Positions 21,303-30,405 of a DNA stretch of 64,000 bases are shown here, piece by piece. The position numbers were made by a program, and so were the translations under genes. The notes under the pieces are model-generated. The model was not told the origin of the DNA. It did no database searches and saw only the letters and a program-made list of their open reading frames with translations. Every line of letters starts with the position of its first letter. Position 1 is the first letter of the stretch. The DNA is taken from NCBI GenBank assembly GCA_003707115.1, contig PPNB01000006.1:248001-312000 (forward strand). Direction: 5' to 3'. Source of the stretch: Tortispora ganteri. Its lineage: Eukaryota.

Positions 21303-24300
21303 ATGTTTTCCAGCAATCCAACAGGCGGCTCTGCGTTTGGCCAAAACACAAACAATCAGGGCTCCTCCATTTTTGGCCAGCAGCAGCAACAGCAACCTCA
21401 ACAGACTTCCGCATTTGGATCCACTCCTGGAAACTCCGCGTTTGGCTCTGGAATGTTCGGCCAGTCTTCTAATTCCGCCTTCGGAACTCCAACTAATCAA
21501 CAACCACAAACTTCCTCTTCTCCCTTCTCATTCGGTTCGTCAGCCAACACAAACCAGAACAGACCCGCATTTGGCGGCTTTGGCTCAACTATAAACAATT
21601 CACAGTCTACCAACACCGGAACTGGCATGTTTGGCTCTTCTGCGAACACCTCTGCAGCACCTGCCACTACTTCACCCTTTGGTGCCTCCGCCTTTGGCGC
21701 AAACCGCTCAACTCCTCCTTTTGGCACCACACCTGGCGCATCTACGACCTCCGCTTTTGGCCAAACAAACAATACTTCACCTTTCGGTTCCATAAACAAC
21801 ACAGGCTCATCTATATTTGGTGCTGCGCAAAACAAACCTCAAACTAGCGCGTTTGGCTCACCTCTGGCTTCCTCGACCGGAGACGCCGCCCCCGGTACTG
21901 GCAATACTGCCTTCGAGCCCCATAGCGAACGCGATGCCCCGCCGAACGGAAACACTGTCAACTATTTCCAGTCTATATCTGCAATGCCTGCCTACCAGAA
22001 GTGGTCTTTCGAAGAACTACGTGTAGCTGATTACCAACAAGGCCGACGCTTTGGAAACCCTTCAGGTGCAGGCGCTTTTGGCGCATCTTCAGGCTTTGGC
22101 GGTACCTCTACCAATGCTGGGTCTTCTCCTTTTGGAGTTGCTAATAGTACCACGAATACAGGCGGTTTGTTTGGTAGCAATAGAGACACAACTACTGCAT
22201 TTGGTTCCTCTCCTGCCACTGCAAACTCTTCTGTTTTTGGTCAAGCTAACCCGTCTCCTGCCACTGGCACTAGTTTTGGATTTGGCTCAAATGCAAACAA
22301 TGGTATTGGCTCTTCATCCGGTTCTCCATTCGGTGCTCAACAGTCAACTCAGCCTTCCACTGGTTTCTCTTTCGGTGGTTCACCAGCTACTACTTCTGCT
22401 TTTGGACAAGCAAATCAGAATAAGCCGGCTTTTGGCTCAAGTTTTGGCCAAGTTCAAAACAATACTTCTCCATTCGGAGCTAACAATAATTCCACTTTAG
22501 GAGGCGGAAACACAGGCTCTTCTCTGTTTGGTGCGAACAAACCCGCTTCCTCCTCGCCGTTTGGAGCGCAAAATACCAACACTGGCCTAAATACAGGAAA
22601 CACGAACACCTCTTCTTTTTCATTTGGTCAAAACAATACTGCCACTGCAAACAGTGGCTCAACGGGCTTTTCATTTGGCGCCAATAACACTGCCAATGCT
22701 TCTAATCAACCTAAACCTTTTAGCTTTGGATCTTCTTCAACTGCCAATACAGCTCAACCTTCTACTTCATCTTTTGGTGGATTTGGACAGAATAAAGACA
22801 ACAACCAAAGCAAACCGGCATTTTCGTTTGGTCAGTCTGCCACTACCGCAACTCAACCTACCTCTGGCGGGTTTGGTTCAGGAGGGTTTGGTGCAACCAA
22901 CAATGCAAATTCTCCATTTGGAAGCACTGGTACAACTGCTAATAATGCATCCACTGGAAGTTTATTTGGTGCCAAACCTGCTAACCAAGGCGGATCTTTG
23001 TTTGGATCAGGCTCTACCAATAATGCAGCTGCCCCTACTGCGTTTGGAACAAAGCCCGCCAACTCTACAGGCACTTCGTTCTTTGGATCAAACACCAACT
23101 CAGCGCCTACTGGTATTTTTGGTGCAGCAAACTCTACAAACAGCCAAAGCTCGTCTTTGTTTGGTGGAGCTAATAATAATGCAACTAGCAACACCGGCTT
23201 TAAATTTGGAGGTGCTACCAATGCCATAAATGGCCAGTCAGGTATGCAGCAAAATTTGCAACAGCAACAGCCTAATCTCCAGGCCACTATTGATCAAAAT
23301 CCTTTTGGAACAAATCCTTTATTCAATGTAAATGCTATTGGTACTGCTATATCACCTTCTCCTATTGCTACACCTTCAGCTTCTACGCGAAAGAAAAAAC
23401 TGGCATCTTTATCATCTTACAAGTTTTCTCCTAAGGTATCGAGGTCGCAACTACCTGTTCAGCAGAACACAAGTACATTTTCTGTTCCTAACAAGTCTGC
23501 ATTCACCGCTCTAGATACAAATGCGACTGATTCACTTTTACTTTCTGGAGCATTTACACCTCGAACCGAGATGAGAAAGCTAGTTATTGATCGTTCAAAG
23601 GCTTCAGATGCAGACTCAATTTTTACACCTGCTAACAAGTCCGCTGAACGAGCTAAGAGTAAACTGAATGAGTCACCACTTACTATAAACAAAGCTGAAA
23701 CTTCATCTATTGGAAATATTACTGCAGTGTCTGATAGTGGTAACGTGACTCAATCTGAAGTCTCTCTAAGGTCCCCAGAGTCAGTTTCCTCGGATGCTAA
23801 AGATTCATTAAAAGCTATTGAGTCCGAGATATCGACTGTATCTGCTCCTGCTACGAGAGCAGATGATGCTCTATCCGATGGATACTACTGCAAACCCTCT
23901 CTTCAAGAATTAAAGGCAATGTCTTTGGCCGATTTGGAGAAGGTAGAAGGATTTAAAGTAGGACGAGCTGGGTATGGCAGCGTTACATTCAATGAGCCCA
24001 TTGACTTGACAAGGTTTGCACACCTGGAAGAGATACCTGGATCATACGTGGTCATATCTCTAAAAGAATGTATTGTATATCCGGATGATTCTAAGAAACC
24101 ACCAGTCGGTAAAGGCCTTAACGTGCCAGCTACCATAGTTTTGGAAAATTGCTATCCAACTGATAGATTATCCGGAAAAATAATCAAAGACAAGTCTGAT
24201 CCCCGCCTCAAGCTTCATGAGACGCGACTGAAAAATATGAAAGACTGCGATTTCATAGCTTATGACTCAGAGTCAGGTACTTGGATTTTTAGAGTACCTC

Positions 24301-26795
24301 ATTTTACCCGATATGGAATCGATGACGATGACGCATCATATGAACAGGCAGAACTTTACGAGTCGCGCGCATTTAATGCGAATGACGATATGGCTTTGGA
24401 CATTTCCGAGGATAAAATCTTAAACGAGAAGCAGTCTTTTTTAGCCGAAGGCACCCAAGTTAGAGAACTAGCTCACTTGGGTGCCTCTAAAACATCTAGT
24501 GACAAAAGGATTAGCGATGGTTTTATGAACCCTGCTGATAGCCATCTTGTTAGCGACATTGAGATCTCTCAATCTGGCCACAATATGGACACAGAATCTT
24601 TGGATTATTCCATGACCCAAGTCGTGGTTCCAGACATGGATGAATATGCGATTTCCTATGATTCTGAAAGCGCTTTCGAAGAAAACTTGACGGAGCCTGC
24701 TTATGAAGACGACGAGAACTCTCCAGATAATTGGTTTGATCAGCTTGATCTCTCTGCAAAGCCATTGTCTGTGCTAGATCCTGAATATTCTAAGCCAAGG
24801 TCATCTGCCGATGATCTTTCGATCGGATTTTTGGGAATAGAATCTGTTATTTTTGCCGAAGACGACGCAAAAGTTGAGAAAGTCTTTGCCGCATTGCGTC
24901 CACGGGCTAAGTGTATCAACTGGGGAATCAATGGAGCACTTGTCGTATCAGGTCCATTTAGTACATCATCGGGAATCGTTTCTAATTCGGCTTCCGGTAC
25001 TGCAATATTAAATGGTGCAGAACAAATGATTGAGCCTGATACCATTCCCAATATCCGGTTTGATATGATGAAATCAAATAAGGATTATATCCCTAAGCTT
25101 AGTTTCGACCTTGATAAACTGCAATTTTATCAGCTTGCTTCAGGTTGCATGTTAGATTCTGAGCGACGAGACGAATATTTGCTGTGGAAACTTGCTTGCG
25201 TTTTATTTGACTCTGCTGAAGTTTTGACTGAGTCACAATATATCCTGCTGAACTCTTTGCCAGAGGGCAGGATACGACTTATTGCACTGTCAGGCTGGCT
25301 TGAAGAGTTTTTAGCCAATGATGACAAAGCTCACAAAAGTGAAGGGGATGCTTCAATTATTGAAAAGCTAATGATACATGATATCCCAGGGGCGGCCGAT
25401 TGTGCGTTAAGATCTAAAAATTTGCATTTAGCTACTCTTATTCCACTGATGGGAGGGGATTTAGCTACGAGAACTGCTGCAAGATCTCAAGTTGAATATT
25501 GGGAAAAGAAGAACTTGTTGGCAAATATTCCCTTTGACGTGAAGCTTGTGCATATGCTATTAAGTGGCGATGACATTCCAGGAGTAGTACGTCTGATTAA
25601 TGAAAGCGGGCTTATTAGCGATACTCTTTCGTGGATTGAAGTTTTGGCATTATGTATTTGGTATGGAGCTAGCTATGATAGTAACGTTTCTGAAGCTTTG
25701 TTACTTTTTGAAAAGACATGTGCTGAGATAGAGAAAGATGGGCTGCATGACGACGAGCTGGATTGTTTTCGGTTTTTGCTTAATGTTTATGCAGGTAGAG
25801 CTGATGCCAACCAAGTTCGAAAGATGTTACATCCAGATGTTTGGGAAAGCTATAGACGAGCCACTTATGAGATTCCGTGGATTATTGCTCAAATGGTGCT
25901 CAGCCAAAAATACGAAGGTCTGTTGCCTATGTCTATTAAAGATGAAATTTCTATGCATTTTGCTACTAGTTTAGAAGAGATTTCAGCAGTTTCAGCTTCT
26001 GTTGCGGTGTGCTTAACAGTGGACGATGATGCACTACGATACCGATTAGTTCGGAACGTACTTTCAAGGCATGGAAGCTACCTGGAGTCCTTCTCTACGC
26101 AATTGCCCGTTGAAGAAATCGAATTTGGCACGAGCGCTGCTTTTGAACTGGGCAAAGGATTTATAGCTGATAATTCGAGACTAGGACAGCTTGCGGCGAG
26201 TTTAGGCATTTCGACCAAGGAGATATTGTTGGCCCGAAGTTTCTACAATAGATACATGGGTAGATTTATTGAGGAAGCATACGATTTGATGAATGGCGAG
26301 TTATGGTCCAATGCTCATGAATGTGTTTATCGTCGAATATGTGCGAAAGCTGTTATTTCACAAAACTACGATATCTTGAAGAAACTTTTAGAAGAGTTGA
26401 ACGTTCATTCTGCAGAGATTCCTCGATGGAATGAGGAAGGACGTATATTTCTGGAGTTTGTGAGTATAGTGGACCTGCATTTATCCGACGACGGAGTGTA
26501 TGTTGGTCTTGAGAGTAATAAAGACCAGTCTACTGCGACCAAGACGGATATATTAATGAACAACCTTGTCAAGAGTCTTCTTTTGTTGCCTAACAAGCAA
26601 AGCGTTTATTTACAGGCAGCAGTTTCTAAAATGGTTATGTTTATTGTGAACTATGTGAGAATGCGACCTCTTATTATGCTTGATAAAGATGGAACCTTAT
26701 CGACACTAGCGCGACAACTGCGCGATATCAACACTCTGCCCAGTGTTAAAAACAAACTTGTGCGTGAGATCACAGCTATTTCGACTTTAATATGA
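21303..26795 (+). CDS. Nup98-Nup96 precursor nucleoporin (Nup189/Nup145-Nup116 type)
   Basis: FG-repeat N-terminus, GLEBS motif (FQSISAMPAYQKWSFEELRVADY), autopeptidase domain (VYPDDSKKPPVGKGLNVPA...FRVPHFTRYG), C-terminal helical Nup96 domain. Confidence 0.95.
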   Translation: MFSSNPTGGSAFGQNTNNQGSSIFGQQQQQQPQQTSAFGSTPGNSAFGSGMFGQSSNSAFGTPTNQQPQTSSSPFSFGSSANTNQNRPAFGGFGSTINNSQSTNTGTGMFGSSANTSAAPATTSPFGASAFGANRSTPPFGTTPGASTTSAFGQTNNTSPFGSINNTGSSIFGAAQNKPQTSAFGSPLASSTGDAAPGTGNTAFEPHSERDAPPNGNTVNYFQSISAMPAYQKWSFEELRVADYQQGRRFGNPSGAGAFGASSGFGGTSTNAGSSPFGVANSTTNTGGLFGSNRDTTTAFGSSPATANSSVFGQANPSPATGTSFGFGSNANNGIGSSSGSPFGAQQSTQPSTGFSFGGSPATTSAFGQANQNKPAFGSSFGQVQNNTSPFGANNNSTLGGGNTGSSLFGANKPASSSPFGAQNTNTGLNTGNTNTSSFSFGQNNTATANSGSTGFSFGANNTANASNQPKPFSFGSSSTANTAQPSTSSFGGFGQNKDNNQSKPAFSFGQSATTATQPTSGGFGSGGFGATNNANSPFGSTGTTANNASTGSLFGAKPANQGGSLFGSGSTNNAAAPTAFGTKPANSTGTSFFGSNTNSAPTGIFGAANSTNSQSSSLFGGANNNATSNTGFKFGGATNAINGQSGMQQNLQQQQPNLQATIDQNPFGTNPLFNVNAIGTAISPSPIATPSASTRKKKLASLSSYKFSPKVSRSQLPVQQNTSTFSVPNKSAFTALDTNATDSLLLSGAFTPRTEMRKLVIDRSKASDADSIFTPANKSAERAKSKLNESPLTINKAETSSIGNITAVSDSGNVTQSEVSLRSPESVSSDAKDSLKAIESEISTVSAPATRADDALSDGYYCKPSLQELKAMSLADLEKVEGFKVGRAGYGSVTFNEPIDLTRFAHLEEIPGSYVVISLKECIVYPDDSKKPPVGKGLNVPATIVLENCYPTDRLSGKIIKDKSDPRLKLHETRLKNMKDCDFIAYDSESGTWIFRVPHFTRYGIDDDDASYEQAELYESRAFNANDDMALDISEDKILNEKQSFLAEGTQVRELAHLGASKTSSDKRISDGFMNPADSHLVSDIEISQSGHNMDTESLDYSMTQVVVPDMDEYAISYDSESAFEENLTEPAYEDDENSPDNWFDQLDLSAKPLSVLDPEYSKPRSSADDLSIGFLGIESVIFAEDDAKVEKVFAALRPRAKCINWGINGALVVSGPFSTSSGIVSNSASGTAILNGAEQMIEPDTIPNIRFDMMKSNKDYIPKLSFDLDKLQFYQLASGCMLDSERRDEYLLWKLACVLFDSAEVLTESQYILLNSLPEGRIRLIALSGWLEEFLANDDKAHKSEGDASIIEKLMIHDIPGAADCALRSKNLHLATLIPLMGGDLATRTAARSQVEYWEKKNLLANIPFDVKLVHMLLSGDDIPGVVRLINESGLISDTLSWIEVLALCIWYGASYDSNVSEALLLFEKTCAEIEKDGLHDDELDCFRFLLNVYAGRADANQVRKMLHPDVWESYRRATYEIPWIIAQMVLSQKYEGLLPMSIKDEISMHFATSLEEISAVSASVAVCLTVDDDALRYRLVRNVLSRHGSYLESFSTQLPVEEIEFGTSAAFELGKGFIADNSRLGQLAASLGISTKEILLARSFYNRYMGRFIEEAYDLMNGELWSNAHECVYRRICAKAVISQNYDILKKLLEELNVHSAEIPRWNEEGRIFLEFVSIVDLHLSDDGVYVGLESNKDQSTATKTDILMNNLVKSLLLLPNKQSVYLQAAVSKMVMFIVNYVRMRPLIMLDKDGTLSTLARQLRDINTLPSVKNKLVREITAISTLI

Positions 26796-26947
26796 ATGAT
26801 AGTGAAAATTTCACTGTTTTGTTGGTGGCCTTTTGTGTTGTAGCGTAAGCGCAAAGGTACATCATAAAGTGTGGATTCTCTTATCCTCTTCTTCCCAACT
26901 TGGTAACCTTCACCTCTTTTTTCCCACCTTATCGATCAGGTTTCGAT

Positions 26948-27754
26948 ATGGAAAAGTTCACACAATGGAGAGACCGTGGAACAGGTATTGCACCGTTTAG
27001 TCCTATTATTGCAACTCCTACAGTGATAGGATATTTAGGGTGTATTATACGGTGTATATTGTTTTGTCTGAGTATTCTAACGGGGTGGTTTGGTTGGATA
27101 CCTATTGATTTTAGGGCAGCTAATGTATCGAATAGCAAGCCTTTAAAAGGGAAAGATCTCGGACTGAAACCCGGAACAGTGGTAATAGTGAACTATACGT
27201 GCCCGCTTGATGGGTATATGACAGTTAGAGCACTTCAATTGGCTGGCGTAAACAACGTTGTGCTTGCAGTTCCTCATGAAGATAAGTCAGTCTCGGAGGT
27301 GACAAGTTTTGGGATGGTCAGAGAAGCTCTAAGTTTGCCGCGAATTGACCCTGGTTCACTAGATATTGAGACATTCATAGATCAGATTGAGGAACGGAAA
27401 GCCGTTTGTGCAATATTCGTTGAAGGAACAACTTCAAATGGCCGTGCTATACTTCCTTTTATGTTACCCTTGATTAAAATAACCACAAGAGCTAAGAGCC
27501 CGCCTCTAGCCTTGGCACTCACATACAGACCAGGAAACATTACTACGCCATTACCGCGTATGTTCATTTCTTGGCTGTGGACATTTTGCACATCGTCCAA
27601 AATATCACTACGTGCGCGACTAAGTGCACCAGTTTCTGAACCTGAAGACCTCGCTGCGGCTCTTGAGAACGCTGGACGTCTGAAACGTGTCGGACCACAA
27701 TTGAATATAGATTCTAAGAGAAAATTTATTAAAGCCTACAATTCCAGAAGGTAG
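26948..27754 (+). CDS. LOA1: Lysophosphatidic acid acyltransferase Loa1/Vps66
   Basis: Starts MEKFTQWRDRGTGIAPF. Motifs NYTCPLD and FVEGTTSNGRAIL. Confidence 0.88.
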   Translation: MEKFTQWRDRGTGIAPFSPIIATPTVIGYLGCIIRCILFCLSILTGWFGWIPIDFRAANVSNSKPLKGKDLGLKPGTVVIVNYTCPLDGYMTVRALQLAGVNNVVLAVPHEDKSVSEVTSFGMVREALSLPRIDPGSLDIETFIDQIEERKAVCAIFVEGTTSNGRAILPFMLPLIKITTRAKSPPLALALTYRPGNITTPLPRMFISWLWTFCTSSKISLRARLSAPVSEPEDLAAALENAGRLKRVGPQLNIDSKRKFIKAYNSRR

Positions 27755-27955
27755 TCCATTACGAAATATGATATGCTATTTTAATATACTTCTTATGTAT
27801 GTAGTGAGTGAACGTATGTAACCGTGCCATTAGTGTAACTTAAAAGCGCACTCACTACTTCTAAGTCTGTATAATATAATCATACAGAATAGATAAATGA
27901 ACATTGTGTTTTATTTTTTTTTTAAAAAAAAAAAATAAAATAAAAAATTAGGCAA

Positions 27956-29998
27956 TCACCATGTCTCTTGTACATACAGCATGTCTTTAGCTTTCGCTTC
28001 CCAAAACTTGCGGGCTTCTTCTCTGGACATGTTACCCATCTGCATCGCTACTTCCTGCAATGCTTTCTCAACACCTTCACTCATTCCACTAGAAGAGCCG
28101 CAGACAAATACCTTACCGTCTGGATGCGACATCACATCCCATATCAAGTCGGCCTGTTCTAACACCTCATCCTGAACGTACTTATTATGCGTGCCGAATT
28201 TCGAACGAGACTCGACAACTTTGTGCAGCTCTGTATTGTCAATACCCCATTCACCTCGATATATTTCGTCAAGCAAATGGTCCCTACAGCCCTGAATAAT
28301 CCATACTTTGTTTCGGCAAGATGCATTCTTCAAACGTCGCTGCACAAACCCTCTGAACGGCGCAACACCAACACCGGCTCCAATGAGGATCATGGGCCCT
28401 TCAGGACGAAATTCTTTCGCTAGTGGGTTCCCTTGAAGGCCACGGAACAGAGGCACAGTCACTTTTTGAGTAGGATCCGCTATCAATTTAAGTGAAAGAC
28501 GTTCTAGAAAACCTGAACAAATACCAGTACGCCGACTTAACTTATTTTCGCGCCATGGTTCTGGCGTTTCATGCACAGTCACAGCGATTTCGATCGTACG
28601 TCTCTCAGAGAATCTTTCCTTTGCGGCTTCTTCGGCATTCACTTTAGGATCAGCATTTGGATCGTAAGCAACATTGTAGCTACATTCTTCTTGAGACATG
28701 CAAGCTTGTCTGTTGGCTTCTGCGAGCAGTTCAGCAGTTGTGTATGTAGGGTCAGAGCTGAGGGAGTACCAACGCGGCATCAGCATCGGTAAAACAGATA
28801 ACAGTTCCTGCAGATCAGGTTTGCAGTGGGGAAATGCGTAGAGTAGCTGAACAAGAGTAGGAGGGTTAGAACGAGAACGTAGTTCGGTAAACTTATTCTG
28901 ACCATATTCAGACATCAACCAGAGAATTACCGATTTTTCTGTATCGTCAGGGGTAGAATTGCGCATCAAAAGCAGCAATTGCTTTGTAAGAACATCATTG
29001 ACAAAGTCGATAGTCCAAGTAAGGAGCTCTCTTGGACTGCAAACGATGTCTCTTGCAATATCATCTCCCCATACAGTAGGCCATCGCCCTTTTGAGGTAT
29101 GCAGTGTTATTTCTTGATCTCTGAGGTCAGTGGGGTAGTTCAAAAGATCGAATAGTTCTTCAACCGCTGCAGCATCGTTAGGGGGGCAGATACCGACGGC
29201 GCCACCTACAGTAAAATCGACACCTGGTATTTCCTCCGGATAGTCTGTGACATCTATGTCAAAATGATAGGTTCTCTTGAGGGCAGCAGGCGACGTTAAA
29301 AGCCTAGATGTGATGATAGGCAAGCTGTGAACATGAAAAGGAGGATGTGGCTGGATGTATTGCGGACAGTTCTCGGAGTCAGTAGGATGGGTAATATTAG
29401 TATGAGCAGAGAAAGAGACCTTTATAAGATCGGTTTGGTCTATATCTAGGTACTTAAGAGCTCGATCTGACTGCTGCAGGAAGAATCGGTAATCGCGTGA
29501 TATCTTTGCGAGAGGGAGCTGCAAGTCCAGAAATGCAGAATTCACAGGGAAGTTCCAGTTTATCGGCGGGAAAGGTACATTGTCAGGATATATACGTTTA
29601 ATGTGGTGGCCGGAGGGGGTCAAAGGTGAAGAAGAGACGGGGGTCTGGACAGCGGCAATAGCGGCACAGGAGCATCCAGGTCCACAAGATACGGTACCTT
29701 TGTATTCACTGTCGTTGTGCTTGTTGAAGTGCGGCCAGTGGACATTATCGGAATCATCTGAGGTCGTTAATTTTGCAAATTTCGGTGTGAGATCGGTTTC
29801 GAGTCCTGAAGGAGTTCCGCCTGTTGATCTGGATGTATCGGAAGCAGGTTCGCCGGTCTGCGAATCGGTGGCAGTGAGCGACGGGGAAACCGGGTGATCT
29901 TCGTGAGCATCTAAGGATACATCTACTGCCATTTCAGAGAATTTTGTGTCTGTATCATCGGCGATCTCCGATTCGGATGCTACAATAACAGGTGACAT
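27956..29998 (-). CDS. FAD/NADPH-binding FNR-type oxidoreductase (CPR/methionine-synthase-reductase-like C-terminal domains, no flavodoxin domain)
   Basis: PRWYSLSS, GICSGFL, IGAGVGVAPFRGF, QGCR, KYVQD, VFVCGS, terminal QETW. First ATG is at 29998. Confidence 0.85.
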   Translation of the reverse strand: MSPVIVASESEIADDTDTKFSEMAVDVSLDAHEDHPVSPSLTATDSQTGEPASDTSRSTGGTPSGLETDLTPKFAKLTTSDDSDNVHWPHFNKHNDSEYKGTVSCGPGCSCAAIAAVQTPVSSSPLTPSGHHIKRIYPDNVPFPPINWNFPVNSAFLDLQLPLAKISRDYRFFLQQSDRALKYLDIDQTDLIKVSFSAHTNITHPTDSENCPQYIQPHPPFHVHSLPIITSRLLTSPAALKRTYHFDIDVTDYPEEIPGVDFTVGGAVGICPPNDAAAVEELFDLLNYPTDLRDQEITLHTSKGRWPTVWGDDIARDIVCSPRELLTWTIDFVNDVLTKQLLLLMRNSTPDDTEKSVILWLMSEYGQNKFTELRSRSNPPTLVQLLYAFPHCKPDLQELLSVLPMLMPRWYSLSSDPTYTTAELLAEANRQACMSQEECSYNVAYDPNADPKVNAEEAAKERFSERRTIEIAVTVHETPEPWRENKLSRRTGICSGFLERLSLKLIADPTQKVTVPLFRGLQGNPLAKEFRPEGPMILIGAGVGVAPFRGFVQRRLKNASCRNKVWIIQGCRDHLLDEIYRGEWGIDNTELHKVVESRSKFGTHNKYVQDEVLEQADLIWDVMSHPDGKVFVCGSSSGMSEGVEKALQEVAMQMGNMSREEARKFWEAKAKDMLYVQETW

Positions 29999-30405
29999 TT
30001 GGAATGGCAAAAGGTCAAGCAAGTAAGTTCTTGTTCGACTAAAAAAATTTTTAGTCAGAAATCAACGGAAATGAAGGAGTCTAGTAGTAAAAGAAAAGAA
30101 ATCGTAGCTGTTACTAGCTAAACTATTTCTTAATATTTTTCTACTTAACACAGTCTCTTTTTATGTCAGTGTTAATAGGTGCAAAAAGGCACTCCAACGA
30201 TATGTTATGGAGAATTTAAGACCCCTGGTGTGTGTGTTGTTAAGGTTTTCTTCTTCTCTGCTTCTTCCCGTTAAGGAAGAGTTATAAAGCAACAGAAACT
30301 ATGATTGGATAAAACTATGATAAACTTTTGCCATTCGATCTGATATTACAAACTTGCCTCTTGGCTATGCTAATTATTTTATAGTTATGTGTCATTTTGC
30401 AACAG

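Noticed and set aside
21303..23230. Repetitive low-complexity DNA as a repeat array or CRISPR-like locus
   Set aside because: It is the degenerate FG-repeat coding region of the nucleoporin, with no identical DNA repeats and spacers.
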